Source: Tubiluchus corallicola
Lineage: Eukaryota > Animalia > Priapulida
Reading direction: 5' to 3'
NCBI GenBank assembly: GCA_030141605.1
Contig: JAQGDQ010000958.1
Location: 11,911-75,910, forward strand
DNA: 64,000 nucleotides
Position 1 is the first letter of the stretch; the number at the start of each line of letters is the position of its first letter. The notes under the pieces were generated by a model. It was given only the letters and a program-made list of their open reading frames with translations. It searched no databases and had not been told where the DNA came from. Positions 26,345-38,748 of the stretch are shown piece by piece. A program made the translations under genes and the position numbers.

Positions 26345-26930
26345 AATACTGTGTTGACCAAATTACTAAAGGATTTAGCAAAAACTTACAATGGAGCTTG
26401 GTACACTTAACATAATCATCTTTTATATGCTGATGACATAGGCTTAATCACTTAGCATAATCATCTTTTGTATGCTGATGATGTAAGCTTAATCACTTAG
26501 CATAATCATCTTTTGTATGCTGATGATGTAGGCTTAATCACTTAGCATAATCATCTTTTATATGCTGATGATGTAGGCTTAATCACCTAGCATAATTATC
26601 TTTTATATGCTGATGATGTAGGCTTAATCACTTAGCATAATCATCTTTTGTATGCTGATGATGTAAGCTTAATCACTCAGCATAATCATCTTTTATATGC
26701 TGATGATGTAGGCTTAATCACTCAGCATAATCATTTTTTATATGCTGATGATGTAGGCTTAATCACTTAGCATAATCATTTTTTGTATGCTGATGATGTA
26801 AGCTTAATCACTTAGCATAATCATCTTTTATATGCTTATGACATAGGTTTAATAACTGTTCCAACATGATTTTGCCCATGTTGCTTAAATATTATGAATT
26901 TTTCAATCAGTCATGATATTTTGTACAAGT
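26345..26930 (+). mobile_element. Degraded non-LTR retrotransposon reverse-transcriptase fragment that hosts the 45-bp array
   Basis: NTVLTKLLKDLAKTYNGAWY*HNHLLYADD...MLLK...FSISHDILY fits the context of RT motif C in LINE ORF2. Confidence 0.75.
26405..26855 (+). repeat. 45-bp tandem array (10 units) encoding HNHLLYADDVGLIT
   Basis: cataat(c/t)at recurs at 26411, 26456 ... 26816. Confidence 0.96.
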
Positions 26931-26957
26931 GGTCAGTTATGTTGTGGGCTTAGCGAG

Positions 26958-27003
26958 TGAAGTTAAGCAAGGTAAAGTGCTACTAATAATAGGGTGGGTG
27001 ACT
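26958..27003 (+). mobile_element. Degenerate 5S-rRNA-derived (SINE3-like) head
   Basis: gaagttaagca...gggtgggtgac resembles the 5S internal promoter boxes A to C. Confidence 0.4.
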
Positions 27004-27226
27004 GATATGAATCTAGCTTATTTTTTTCGGTATCATGACCTGGTAATCTATGACGACCACGAACCTGTTTCATACTAATAATTTTTACTCTCGTGGTTCA
27101 GACGTGACCAAACTATTGCGGCAACAATCAAACATGTCATTACATAGGCTGTTGGGGGTCGGAGGCGAATAATGTTTAGTCATGTGAATTGCTGCTGCTG
27201 TGTTGTTAAAGAAAAACAGTCGTCTA

Positions 27227-27753
27227 CAGTGTTCCCTCGCTACTTCGCGGTTTGTTTATCGCAGACTCGCTGTTTTGCAGGTTTTCAAAAATATTAATGT
27301 AAAATATTTATCGCGGTATTTTCGCTGTTTTGCGGGTTTTTGCGGTACTCCGTCTAAAGTATTTTCGCACGTGCGTAGTATGTATTGTACAGTAATGTAC
27401 AGATTTGCTGAATTTTGCATAAAAAATCACAAAATGTATAAAAATATATTAAAAATATTAATTCTAACATTAAAAGAATATTATAAATCATAAAAAATTA
27501 CCATTTACATTAAATAGTGTTTTTATTCGGCGGATGAATACACACCAAAAATCGGGAGATCGTATGCTGCAGTTGGCCGCCATTACGGGATCAACGAATC
27601 TACGGTTCGTTATATCAAGAGTGTGGTGAGGGTTTATAAAGACTTAAAATAATGTATAGCTACTAAAACAAGTATAGCGTCCCTACTTTGCGGAAATTCA
27701 CTTATCGCGGGTGGGCCTGGAACGGAACACCCATGATAAGTGAGGGAACACTG
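27227..27753 (+). mobile_element. Tigger/pogo MITE with an HTH remnant
   Basis: TA|cagtgttccctc ... gagggaacactg|TA. Internal YAAVGRHYGINESTVRYIK is a CENP-B-type HTH. Confidence 0.9.
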
Positions 27754-29638
27754 TAGTTAGTATGTTAGACATAGTATGAAACAGACATAATTATGAATGT
27801 TCGTTAAATTTTTAAGTTTAATTTCAGTCGATCAGAAGCGGATGTAATAATAACTTACTTCACAGCTCATTCGATGGCAAGTTTTTAATGTTAATTAATA
27901 ATAACGAATAATTACCATTAAAATCATAATGTCATTCCACTATAAACGAATATCAAGTTGTGATTTTGGCCAGGTCAAAACAGTTCCACGGTTGATTTGA
28001 CGATACATTATCTCTATGCTTTAGTTCATTATAAATACACATAATACATGCAAACACTCAGACTCTAAATACATTCATTTATTATAGAACTAAACGAGTC
28101 CTTAGCAGCACTTTACAAAAACTTTTGATAATTTGTACATAAACAAGGAATATTCCTAGCAGCAGAGGTGCATTCATTGTGTTAAAATGCAAATATGATA
28201 GTGTCATGAGCGTAACGCACTGACATTAACATTAAATCAGTTTAATGCAGCAGAATGAAAAGGGTAACATCTTATAAGATGCATGCTTTAGGAAAATCTT
28301 GCCCAAAATTTCGTCAAGTGGAAATGTTTTTAATCATTTCTTTCACATTTTATGCTATTTAGTTATATTCTATTGGGGTGTGGAAGGACGGGGAATATGA
28401 GAGCTCCGTTTCTTTCTAAACAAAACATTTATCAGACAATGGCACATCTCTCGGATGCAAAAAGCTGCGTGCAAAAATATCTTTAACTCTCTCTCCCAAT
28501 TTGTGTAGCAGTAAATCTCCATTCATGCAACTGAATAACCTTTCATGCAACCTATCACTGTGCATAGCTGCTCCGTACTTACGGCAATAATCATGCAAGC
28601 AACAGCGAATGTCAAACTTACCGTCTTGCCTATAAATGTCCATTTGACTCGGATAACCACCTTTTTTGGCATTAAACAAGAAGGAACAGAAAATTAATGA
28701 CACAATTTTCTACTTTGGCTTCAAATGTTAAGGGAACAGATTACACAGATATCATGGCGATTCGTTACAAAAGCAAGATAAAAAAATTGTGATCTCATAA
28801 AATTAACAAGAAATTGAACACGAAAATCTTGGTTTTTGTTTTGTTTACACCTTTCTTAAAAAGACATTTACAAAGCATGATTTGCATTTACTTTTATGTT
28901 TTTATTTACAAGGGTCAACAAAGTTTCAGAAAATTAAATATATTTTCAAAAAATTTTGCATGTTTAGAACAAAATAGGGAAATTTTTATTAATATATATC
29001 ATAATTTATATCATATTTATATTTATATTTATAGATATGTTATATTTATTACCTGTGTGCGGATAAACTTAGAGCTATGTAACTTAAAGAATGTAATGCT
29101 AAACACTTTCATGTTAACTTCGTAGGTGTTAACAACTGATCACAAAACCGAATTTTACTTTTTTAAGTTAAAGTTTTAAAACGTTTATTTTTAAACGTCT
29201 GTTCAGCTAAAGAGGTGTCTACTGAAATCAAACGTACAAAAGTTTTAATAAATTTAATTAAGGGGTGAATTGAAGTAGTAAATGTTAAAGTAACTAATCA
29301 ATAGATGGCAGCACCTAAAATATACAGTTACAACTTTCACACTCTGCAATCAATTCGTAAATTAATAGAATTTAGTCATCATATAACATTGTTGACTTTT
29401 TCATAATGTACACACAAAGATCATCCTTGATGAGATGGTTAAGTGATCAAGAAAATTTCACGTGTTATACATGCACAAAAATTATCCTTGACGTTCTGCC
29501 GAGTGATCAAGAAAACATGATTCATGATAGAACTTGTCTTCAACGATTTACTTAATGTTGGAAATAAAACTGAAAACTACACAAAACGTGCACATATTTC
29601 CTAATTAAACGAAATTACCGATTAATTACATTTTATAC

Positions 29639-29774
29639 CTGGAGGAAGAGGCTGCTGATAAAAGCCTCCCGGTTGCTGTGGCGGCCCTTGAGGACCTGCG
29701 TACCAGTTCCGCTGTGTTGGTTGCTGATACATTTGCTGGTCTGCATAACCCGGTTGCATTCTTCCTGGACTTTG
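29639..29774 (-). CDS. MED12: MED12 exon, P/Q-rich (QSPGRMQPGYADQQMYQQ...YQQPLPP-G)
   Basis: tttgtttag/gtataa boundaries, phase 0-1, open frame. Confidence 0.85.
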
Positions 29775-29827
29775 CTAAACAAACAAAAACTCCGTTTGCT
29801 GCTGTTGTCGAAACTCACGACTGTTAA

Positions 29828-30424
29828 AGGAAAACTGCACCCAATCTTAAACTGTGGGTCAAAACAATCTACTCATTATAATATTGAAAGAGAACACACC
29901 ATTTTTTTTTCAAAAATGAATTACGTGACAGAATTATTACCACACAAACACAATTTCACATTTGTGCCACTAGTTCTTCCCTGTTACATGCATTTCGCCA
30001 TACGCTAGTTAGACGGGCACTAGCACCTGCATTTCGGGAACGCGTTTTGCAAAAAACAGGTGCTGTACCTCTCAGTTTGTGACGTTCGACAGCTCATGCG
30101 TGAGCACAGTGGCAAATTTGAAGCTTGAATTTTTATATTAAAACTTGCCTAGTTTTAGTACAACACACAGACTATCGTTCAGTAGCACTGTACTTCACTT
30201 TTGGCTTTCGCAAACACATGCAACGCGCTCGTAGAATGTTTTTGCTGTTGGAAATTATGTTAGTTTGTGAAGTTATCAATAGTTGGGCTCGCCCGTCATT
30301 AACTAAGTTTTTAATCTATTAATTAATTGCCAGAAATGCTCCTGCAGTATAATTGGTGTTAAAATGAAGACTTTTTATCGTACTTGAAAATGGAGCAGTA
30401 TATGAAATATCACCCTGTCTTCCT
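29828..30424. mobile_element. Kolobok-type MITE; partial relative at about 6868-7339
   Basis: TTAA|agg ... cct|TTAA. The internal ~450 bp is shared with 6868-7339. Confidence 0.75.
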
Positions 30425-30710
30425 TTAATGTCTCTTAGGAAGGTTATTAGCAAGTCCTAAGTCAGCAAGTTGTGAACGTCTGAATGGAGGTTACAGCTGG
30501 GTGACAGTAAAATCATTTTACAGGAAAATTCCCAGGAAGCTAAAAAATCCAACTTCATCGAAAAGCAAAATCAAAACTTTGCAGCTGGATTAACAACAAA
30601 ATCAATACAATTTGTTTACTTTTTCAGTGATATTTTCATTTAAATAATAAAAACAACATTTATAAACAGGAAGTATTTAGAGTCAATACAATGAATCCAG
30701 CAATACGTAC

Positions 30711-30866
30711 CGATCTCGGACCGGAAGCCATGTACATCTGCTGACCCCGCGACGTCCTGCGTTTCTTGCTCACTTTTGATACTTTTTTAGGAGTTATGCT
30801 GGGCTCCGGTCTGCACTCAATGTCTACCGGTGGCTTGGGTAGCATATTAACATCTTTTCTCGGCTT
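30711..30866 (-). CDS. MED12: MED12 exon (KPRKDVNMLPKPP...KKVSKVSKKRR...GPRS)
   Basis: ttcag/gtacgt boundaries, 156 nt, phase 0-0. Basic NLS-like stretch in the expected position. Confidence 0.85.
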
Positions 30867-31035
30867 CTGAAGAGCAAAATGCCAACATTACTGAAGCAAA
30901 GTTTGATAGAAAATAAACACACAAGCGTCGTCTATTTGTTTACCGTGTTTTGCTGGTGGTGCTACATTTCCTGCAGATTTCATGGCTGCAATAAATTGAA
31001 ATTGAAATAATCCGAAAATAAATGTTTATTTACAT

Positions 31036-31424
31036 CAGGGGTGTGCAACTTATCTGACTAGCCAGGCCACATTAAACTTTCCCGCAATTCCTGTGGGCCA
31101 CATGCAGTTTGGTCAAGGAACCAAGTACAGTAGGACCTAATAACGATTTTTTTGAATCCGATTTGCGCACATCATTACTACTGCACTACTACACTGAAGA
31201 AACTATTTTAGAACATATTAAAATTTATATTAAAAACCATATATTTCGTCATGTCCGACAGTGACATTAAGTGACAACGGTCTTGAAAGGGTTAATGCCA
31301 TCCGATCTAGAGGAAAAAACTACCCGCACTATCTTTGCGATATTGGCGCAGACTTCAGCTGGATCGCGTGGGCCACACTTTCATTATGTTGACAAACCTC
31401 TTCGCGGGCCGCATGTAACCCCTG
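31036..31424. mobile_element. hAT (Charlie-like) MITE
   Basis: cagggg ... cccctg termini with gggccgca subterminal motifs. 8-bp TSD atttacat/atttacaa. Confidence 0.8.
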
Positions 31425-31934
31425 ATTTACAAGTCAAGTTGCAATTTATGAGCACTAATGTATGTTCGAATTTTTGACTGGGAAGTTTTATGTTATACAA
31501 GTACAAAGTAACTAAAATATTGATTTGTCCCAACATTATGAAAAATTCTGCACTGCAATGAGCATGTAAGGTATAATTTTGCAGCATAACAGTGACACAA
31601 ATAACTTCTGATGTCTCACGACAGTTCATTCAGACAGCCATTTTTGATTGCTTGTTTTTATTTAATTTGATTAGGTGTTCCCGGCACTGCTGGTTGGGCA
31701 TAACTGTAATCCAGGAGTGCCATTGGTCAAAATGTTGTCCAACGCAGCATAGCAGCAGTGTTGCACACTATAGCAACAATGCTGCAGTTGAAACGCAAGT
31801 TGAAAAATTTGGACTTTATATTTGCAGCAGACAGCTCATTGTTTAATTCACGTAACTGCTATTGCTAACCATTGCTAAATATAAGATCTGACAAAAACCT
31901 TAATGGCTGCCTTTTCCTGGTAAAAAGGCTTTAC

Positions 31935-32642
31935 GTTATTTTCCGGCCCGTGTTTGGCTCAGATTACAGAGTACACGAGACATTTTCCGGCCCGTGTTTG
32001 GCTCAGATTACAGAGTACACGGGTCATTTTCCGGCCCGTGTTTGGCTCAGATTACAGAGTACACGGGTCATTTTCCGGCCCGTGTTTGGCTCAGATTACA
32101 GAGTACACGAGTCATTTTCCGGCCCGTGTTTGGCTCAGATTACAGAGTACACGAGTCATTTTCCAGCCAATGTTTGGCTCAGATTACAGAGTACACGAGA
32201 CATTTTCCGGCCCGTGTTTGGCTCAGATTACAGAGTACACGAGACATTTTCCGGCCCGTGTTTGGCTCAGATTACAGAGTACACGAGACATTTTCCGGCC
32301 CGTGTTTGGCTCAGATTACAGAGTACACGAGTCATTTTCCGGCCCGTGTTTGGCTCAGATTACAGAGTACATGAGACATTTTCCGGCCCGTGTTTGGCTC
32401 AGATTACAGAGTACACGAGTCATTTTCCGGCCCGTGTTTGGCTCAGATTACAGAGTACACGAGTCATTTTCCGGCCGATGTTTGGCTCAGATTACAGAGT
32501 GCACGAGTCATTTTCCGGCCCGTGTTTGGCTCAGATTACAGAGTACACGAGACATTTTCCGGCCCATGTTTGGCTCAGATTACAGAGTACACGAGTCATT
32601 TTCCAGCCAATGTTTGGCTCAGATTACAGAGTACACGAGACA
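31935..32642. repeat. 41-bp minisatellite (~17 units)
   Basis: Unit cattttccggcccgtgtttggctcagattacagagtacacgag. Confidence 0.97.
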
Positions 32643-32831
32643 ACATATACGGTATAAAATCTGTGCCATACAGAATCAGTCAGCAAGTTACATTGTACCT
32701 AAGACAATTTTTGGATATTTTCTACTGAAATGAATGCGCAAGTCTAAATTTGTTATGATCGTTTTTTTCAATTTTCCCTAAAGTTCTGCTAGAGACACGT
32801 TCTAGAGTTTTAGCGAAGCTGTTTAACTTAC

Positions 32832-33077
32832 AATAGCTTTCTCCGGAGGTGGTTCTAAATCCTCTGGAGGGAGTTGCGGTGGCTCCAAGTAGTATGTATC
32901 TGGCTTCTTTAAGTTGTGAGTATGATACAGCAATAATCGGTGTTGTTCCTCGTACTTCAGTGGCTTTCTCTCCATCTTAACTGCACCAAACCACGCCCAC
33001 GAGAGCGCCGCGGGGCTCTTGAGGCCCTCGAACAGCTCCCATGGACTCACGCAGATTTTGTTTGCTACTTGCAAACC
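32832..33077 (-). CDS. MED12: MED12 exon ([31 protein letters not shown]...[12 protein letters not shown]...)
   Basis: ctcag/gtaagt boundaries. Carries the diagnostic motif SPWDLFEGLK.APLSWGWFG and YYLEPLPLPPED. Confidence 0.97.
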
Positions 33078-33204
33078 CTGAGAAAACGATGAAATCATTA
33101 AATATTTATTTTACTGCACCAAGTGTGTGGTGATTTAAAACACACAAAACTACATAAGTTAGTTTAAAATGGTGTAATGAGTACATATATATATATATTT
33201 CGTT

Positions 33205-33455
33205 ATAGTATAGTATGGTATGGTATGGTATGGTATGGTATGGTATGGTATGGTATGGTATGGTATGGTATGGTATACTATATTACAGTATAGTATAGTA
33301 TGGTATAGTATAGTATAGTATAGTATAGTATAGTATAGTATAGTATAGTATAGTATAGTATAGTATAGTATAGTATAGTATAGTATAGTATAGTATAGTA
33401 TAGTATAGTATAGTATAGTATAGTATAGTATAGTATAGTATAGTATAGTATAGTA
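33205..33455. repeat. (TATGG)n/(TATAG)n pentanucleotide microsatellite
   Basis: Read directly from the sequence. Confidence 0.97.
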
Positions 33456-33528
33456 AATATACGTTAAAAGAGAATGTTTAAAGGAACATACGGCTTTTAC
33501 TGTATCATAAGTATATAAAAAAACTTAC

Positions 33529-33690
33529 CTTCTTCTTATCAATAGAGTCAAAACCGGCAATCTTGTTTCCCTTGGTATCGACTAAGCTTCCGGTTGGCTC
33601 GCACACGATGACGGTGACTTCCTTTTTCCCGAGCGGCAAAAGTTGTTTGATGACGTGGATTTCGTCTGTGTGCTTATCGCACGTCTCTTT
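33529..33690 (-). CDS. MED12: MED12 exon ([22 protein letters not shown]...[25 protein letters not shown])
   Basis: ctcag/gtaagt boundaries. Carries the diagnostic motif [21 protein letters not shown]. Confidence 0.97.
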
Positions 33691-33850
33691 CTGAGTTTGC
33701 ATCAATGTCTGCACAATCCCATAATCATCAATTGATTAACATTAATTAATCTAATTAAAATGCAAAAAGTGAATCGGAGAACAACAATGTCACAGACTCC
33801 GTGATCTCCCTTAATTCTTTGAATGTAGTGATACTGTAGCTTTTGCGCCA

Positions 33851-34873
33851 CGGTTACTCTACAGTGACGCTATGGATGCTCTGTAGATGGGTTACCGTCT
33901 TTTAATGCTATGATTGCGTTAAGACTGCAATGTGTTATTGTCTCGGTTATTCTACAGTGACGCCATGGATGTTCAATAGATGGGTTACCGTCTTTTAATG
34001 CTACGATTGCGTTAAGACTGCAATGTGTTATTGTCTCGGCTACTCTACAGTGACGCTATGGATGTTCAATAGATGGGTTACCGTCTTTTAATGCTACGAT
34101 TGCGTTAAGACTGCAATGTGTTATTGTCTCGGTTACTCTACAGTGACGCTATGGATGTTCAGTAGATGGGTTACCGTCTTTTAATGCTACGATTGCGTTA
34201 AGACTGCAATGTGTTATTGTCTCGGTTACTCTACAGTGACGCTATGGATGTTCAATAGATGGGTTACCGTCTTTTAATGCTACGATTGCGTTAAGACTGC
34301 AATGTGTTATTGTCTCGGTTACTCTACCGTGACGCTATGGATGTTCAATAGATGGGTTACCGTCTTTTAATGCTACGATTGCGTTAAGACTGCAATGTGT
34401 TATTGTCTCGGTTACTCTACAGTGACGCCATGGATGTTCAGTAGATGGGTTACCGTCTTTTAATGCTACGATTGCGTTAAGACTGCAATGTGTTATTGTC
34501 TCGGTTACTCTACAGTGACGCCATGGATGTTCAATAGATGGGTTACCGTCTTTTAATGCTACGATTGCGTTAAGACTGCAATGTGTTATTGTCTCGGTTA
34601 CTCTACAGTGACGCCATGGATGTTCAGTAGATGGGTTACCGTTTTTTAATGCTACGATTGCGTTAAGACTGCAATGTGTTATTGTCTCGGCTACTCTACA
34701 GTGACGCTATGGATGTTCAATAGATGGGTTACCGTCTTTTAATGCTATGATTGCGTTAAGACTGCAATGTGTTATTGTCTCGGTTACTCTACACTGATGC
34801 TATGGATGTTCAATAGATGGGTTACCGTCTTTTAATGCTATGATTGCGTTAAGACTGCAATGTGTTATTGTCT
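33851..34873. repeat. 93-bp tandem array (~11 units)
   Basis: Unit cggttactctacagtgacgctatggatg...gttattgtct. Confidence 0.97.
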
Positions 34874-35269
34874 TTTAGTGTCATAACTAGTATGGCATTC
34901 TTGCTGTCTGATAAATGCTATGTGATTGCAATAACATTGTAAACTGGTTACTTTAATCTTAACGCTTTAATTGTCATGACATTTAATTTTAGTGACGTTG
35001 GTAGTGGTGAATCTATGCAACGCAGATGTAGTATTTCCTACTATAGAGATTCTGAAAGAATAAAAATTTGAAATAAAATCGTATTAAGACTGAATTAAAA
35101 TAACTGAAATAAAACTGATTCAGAGGATAGAAGTATATTTACTTGTCGGGTTGAATTTTTACTTAGATTTAAATTTATAATGAACTAGATAACAGCTTCT
35201 ATCTAAGATAAGTGACTATGTATATTGCGCTGAGATGTTTTAACTGTGTAGTGCATTTAATAACAAGAA

Positions 35270-35520
35270 ACTGTTGCTGTTGTAGTTGTTGCTGTTGTGT
35301 TGTTGTTGCAGTTGTTGTTGATGATGGTGGTGTTGTTGTTGCTGCTGCTGTTGTTGTTGTGTTGTTGTTGCTGTTATTGTTGTTCTTGTTGCTGCTGTTG
35401 ATGTTTTTGTTGCTGTTGTTGCTGCTTGCTGCTATTGTTGCTGTTGTTGTTATTGCTGTTGTTGTTGTTGCTGCTGCTGCTAATTATTATTTCTATTACT
35501 ATTATTATTATTGTTATTAT
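35270..35520. repeat. Imperfect (GTT/GCT)n plus (TAT)n trinucleotide tract
   Basis: Read directly from the sequence; intronic. Confidence 0.92.
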
Positions 35521-35958
35521 GCAATGAGCATGATTACTTAAGAATGAAAGATAAAAAGACAAAGTTTTACGGGTTACAAAAAATACATATTGTTTTGTGG
35601 ACAAAAACAAAAATCTTGGCAGATTTTAATTCAAGTATTTCAAAAGCTAGTGTAATGTAGATGTTTTGTCTATGTTTCCCGACTCCCATTCAAAGCTAAT
35701 GAATGTTGACGTACAGATGACGTGGTGCAACAGAGATCAGGTAACTTTCACCGGAGTACTGAGTGACGATTTCATTTTGCATATTCTTTAAGCAAACTTT
35801 CGGGTTTTTGAAAAAAAGGTGCAATGTAATGCAAAGATGCAAAGATCCTTCTGTAAGATGCTGCAACAAACACTGTTTGAAGCATTTAAGTCTCATACTT
35901 AACTCAAGTGAAACAACCGTTGCTCAAGTGAGTAGTTGTTTGAGAGGTGTGAACTTAC

Positions 35959-36106
35959 CTTTAGTTTATTAATAAACTTGGCATAGGCTTTTCTTGGATC
36001 ATCTCCCTTCGGATCTTTGTCTTTCTCACCGTGGCATTCATAAGCAGAGACTAGAGCGCTGTGTATAAGTACGGACTGCATGTCAATCACTGTCCAGAAC
36101 AACTCA
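35959..36106 (-). CDS. MED12: MED12 exon (ELFWTVIDMQSVLIHSALV...RKAYAKFINKLK)
   Basis: atctag/gtaagt boundaries, phase 2-0. Matches MED12 ELFTTVLDMLSVLINGTL...KRAYMNLAKKLQK. Its 5' end is tandemly repeated upstream. Confidence 0.9.
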
Positions 36107-37172
36107 CTAGATAAAAAACGTAGAGAGAGACTAGAGCGCTGTGTATAAGTACAGACTGCATGTCAATCACTGTCCAGAACAACTCACTAGATAAAAAACA
36201 CACAGAGAAACACTAGAGCGCTGTGTATAAGTACGGACTGCATGTCAATCACTGTCCAGAACAACTCACTAGATAAAAACACACAGAGAAACACTAGAGC
36301 GCTGTGTAAAAGTACGGACTGCATGTCAATGACTGTCCAGAACAACTCACTAGATAAAAACACACAGAGAAACACTAGAGCGCTGTGTATAAGTACGGAC
36401 TGCATGTCAATGACTGTCCAGAACAACTCACTAGATAAAAACACACAGATAAACACTAGAGCGCTGTGTATAAGTACAGACTGCATGTCAATCACTGTCC
36501 AGAACAACTCACTAGATAAAAACGTAGAGAGAGACTAGAGCGCTGTGTATAAGTACAGACTGCATGTCAATCACTGTCCAGAACAACTCACTAGATAAAA
36601 AACACAGAGAAACACTAGAGCGCTATGTATAAGTACGGACTGCATGTCAATCACTGCCCAGAACAACTCACTAGATAAAAACCACACAGAGAGACTAGAG
36701 CGCTGTGTATAAGTACGGACTGCATGTCAATCACTGTCCAGAACAACTCACTAGATAAAAAACACACAGAGAAACACTAGAGCGCTGTGTATAAGTACGG
36801 ACTGCATGTCAATCACTGTCCAGAACAACTCACTAGATAAAAACACACAGAGAAACACTAGAGCGCTGTGTAAAAGTACGGACTGCATGTCAATGACTGT
36901 CCAGAACAACTCACTAGATAAAAACACACAGAGAAACACTAGAGCGCTGTGTATAAGTACGGACTGCATGTCAATGACTGTCCAGAACAACTCACTAGAT
37001 AAAAACACACAGAGAAACACTAGAGCGCTGTGTATAAGTACGGACTGCATGTCAATGACTGTCCAGAACAACTCACTAGATAAAAACACACAGATAAACA
37101 CTAGAGCGCTGTGTATAAGTAGGGACTGCATGTCAATCACTGTCCAGAACAACTCACTAGATAAAAAACGTA
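36050..37172 (-). repeat. ~81-bp tandem array (14 units) copying the MED12 acceptor plus exon start
   Basis: cactagataaaa recurs 14 times at 79-82 bp spacing. Confidence 0.97.
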
Positions 37173-37386
37173 CAGACAGACAACGAAAGAAGTTACCGTA
37201 AAGTTGTTGTGAAACTTCTCCATATTCTTCTTCTTGTGTTTCATTTTTCTTGCTTTTTCTTGCAGTATTTCAGTCTTGCCAATTTTGCTCTTACATTGCA
37301 AGTGATAGCTTATTGGTCAGAACCGATAATTAAATTAACTTGATTTGCAAAATCTACAGATAATCTTGTTTTTATGTTTGTATTTA

Positions 37387-37830
37387 CAGTAGTACCTCTG
37401 TTTTTGACCATAATTCGTTCGTAAAACGTGTTTGAAAACCGATTTGGTTGAGAACCGAATCATTTATTCCAATAACAAATAATGTAAAAGCAAATAATTC
37501 GTTCTCAAGCACCAAATGAACTGTAAAGTATTACTAAAACGAGATATAATAATGCGAAAAACATAATTGTTCCTGCATGAAAAAGCGGAGAAAAATAAGC
37601 ATAGAAAGCATTTAGCGATGTTAGGCGATTCAAATCTTGTGTATGACTGTTTCTGGCGCGGTCGGTTCCGCTCGGCTCTACTCGGCTCGCCGTGCACGCG
37701 TTCATCACGCGTTTGGCGGTTGGTCAAGTACCGAAATTCTGGTCGAGAGCGGAGACAATTTCAGCTGGAATTTCTGATCGAAAACTGATTTGTACGAACA
37801 CGGAGACGTTCGACAACGGATTTATGACTG
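37387..37830. mobile_element. Tigger-like MITE
   Basis: TA|cagtagtacctc ... gactg|TA with repeated gttcga/aaccg subterminal motifs. Confidence 0.65.
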
Positions 37831-37924
37831 TATTTCCCTGCTCATGATGCGCTCTGCAGTTTCCATAAACAAATAAATAAGGAAACAAATAATTAAACAA
37901 GTTAATAATGAAATGGTAACTGAC

Positions 37925-38034
37925 CTGTTAGATGATTTCTCCACAACTCCAACAAACACAAGCTGCATGAAGAGCTGCACCCACTCCGACACAAGCTGAA
38001 TGTTTCTTTGTATAATGTCGAACATAGCGCCAAC
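37925..38034 (-). CDS. MED12: MED12 exon (VGAMFDIIQRNIQLVSEWVQLFMQLVFVGVVEKSSN-S)
   Basis: cattag/gtcagt boundaries. Matches MED12 VGGMFDTVQRS...EWA.L..QII.SGTVD. Confidence 0.93.
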
Positions 38035-38074
38035 CTAATGGGTTATACGTTAATAATAAATAATATTTTTCGCT

Positions 38075-38490
38075 ACAGTTGAGCCTTTTCACAGTTCCAG
38101 CGACTGATGATGATCGTGGGAAGGTCAAAGGTTAAGAGTACCAAACAACGAGCTTGTGTACACTTGACAACACCTAGCAACCCATGTAACTGTAATGGCA
38201 ACAGTTTAACAGCTAGCTAGAACCTTACCTGCTTGATTTTTTCTTGTTCCCAAACAAGAGCCTGCTAGTAAATCACTCTATGCACAGACTAATGCAAAAT
38301 TAGGCAAAGTACATGTAAAACAACTGAAGTTACTGAACTGACGAGGCAGACGGCTCTGCTTTACCCAAACATCATATGATGGTTGTAGTTAAGACGCTTT
38401 GCTGTCGTACACTTAAAATTTGACCTACAGGAAGTGCGTGTGTGCACAGCGAACTGTAAAAGGCTGTGAAACTGTGAAAAGGCTTACTGT
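38075..38490. other. Structured intronic element copy 2
   Basis: Diverged copy in the same orientation, in another MED12 intron. Confidence 0.6.
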
Positions 38491-38566
38491 GGAGCTCAAT
38501 GTGAGAAATTGCAGAGATTGAAGCAAAATATAACAAGATTAAGAATCAAAGTGTATATTGACTTAC

Positions 38567-38641
38567 AAGACTGAATCGCAGCTGCAGTGACTCCTGTAAG
38601 CTGTTACGAGTTTTTGTGTCCTCCGGCCAGTGGAACTTGTC
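38567..38641 (-). CDS. MED12: MED12 exon (DKFHWPEDTKTRNSLQESLQLRFSL)
   Basis: ttttag/gtaagt boundaries, 75 nt, phase 0. Resembles MED12 LHEALKLRLNL. Confidence 0.92.
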
Positions 38642-38748
38642 CTAAAACAACGAGTAAACTTTCAGTTGCACTGTAGTGTAACATCATTTAGCGAACCTGC
38701 TAGGGACCCTGGAAAAAGTACTCTATAATTGAGGTACTCTTTTTTTAA

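Noticed and set aside
28416-28703. 95-aa minus-strand ORF
   Set aside because: No recognisable domain and not needed in the MED12 exon chain; possibly a decayed TE.
30944-30985. Possible 42-nt MED12 micro-exon (ttgcag...gtaaac)
   Set aside because: The flanking exons are phase 0, and in that phase it starts CCA TGA (stop). It could only be a poison exon, and nothing else supports it.
31872-32733. CRISPR-like or protein-coding 41-bp repeat
   Set aside because: The units are contiguous with no unique spacers, there are no cas genes, and the context is a eukaryotic intron.
35212-35610. Poly-Q or poly-V/L ORFs as an extra MED12 exon
   Set aside because: Simple trinucleotide tract without splice sites; the neighbouring exons join cleanly.
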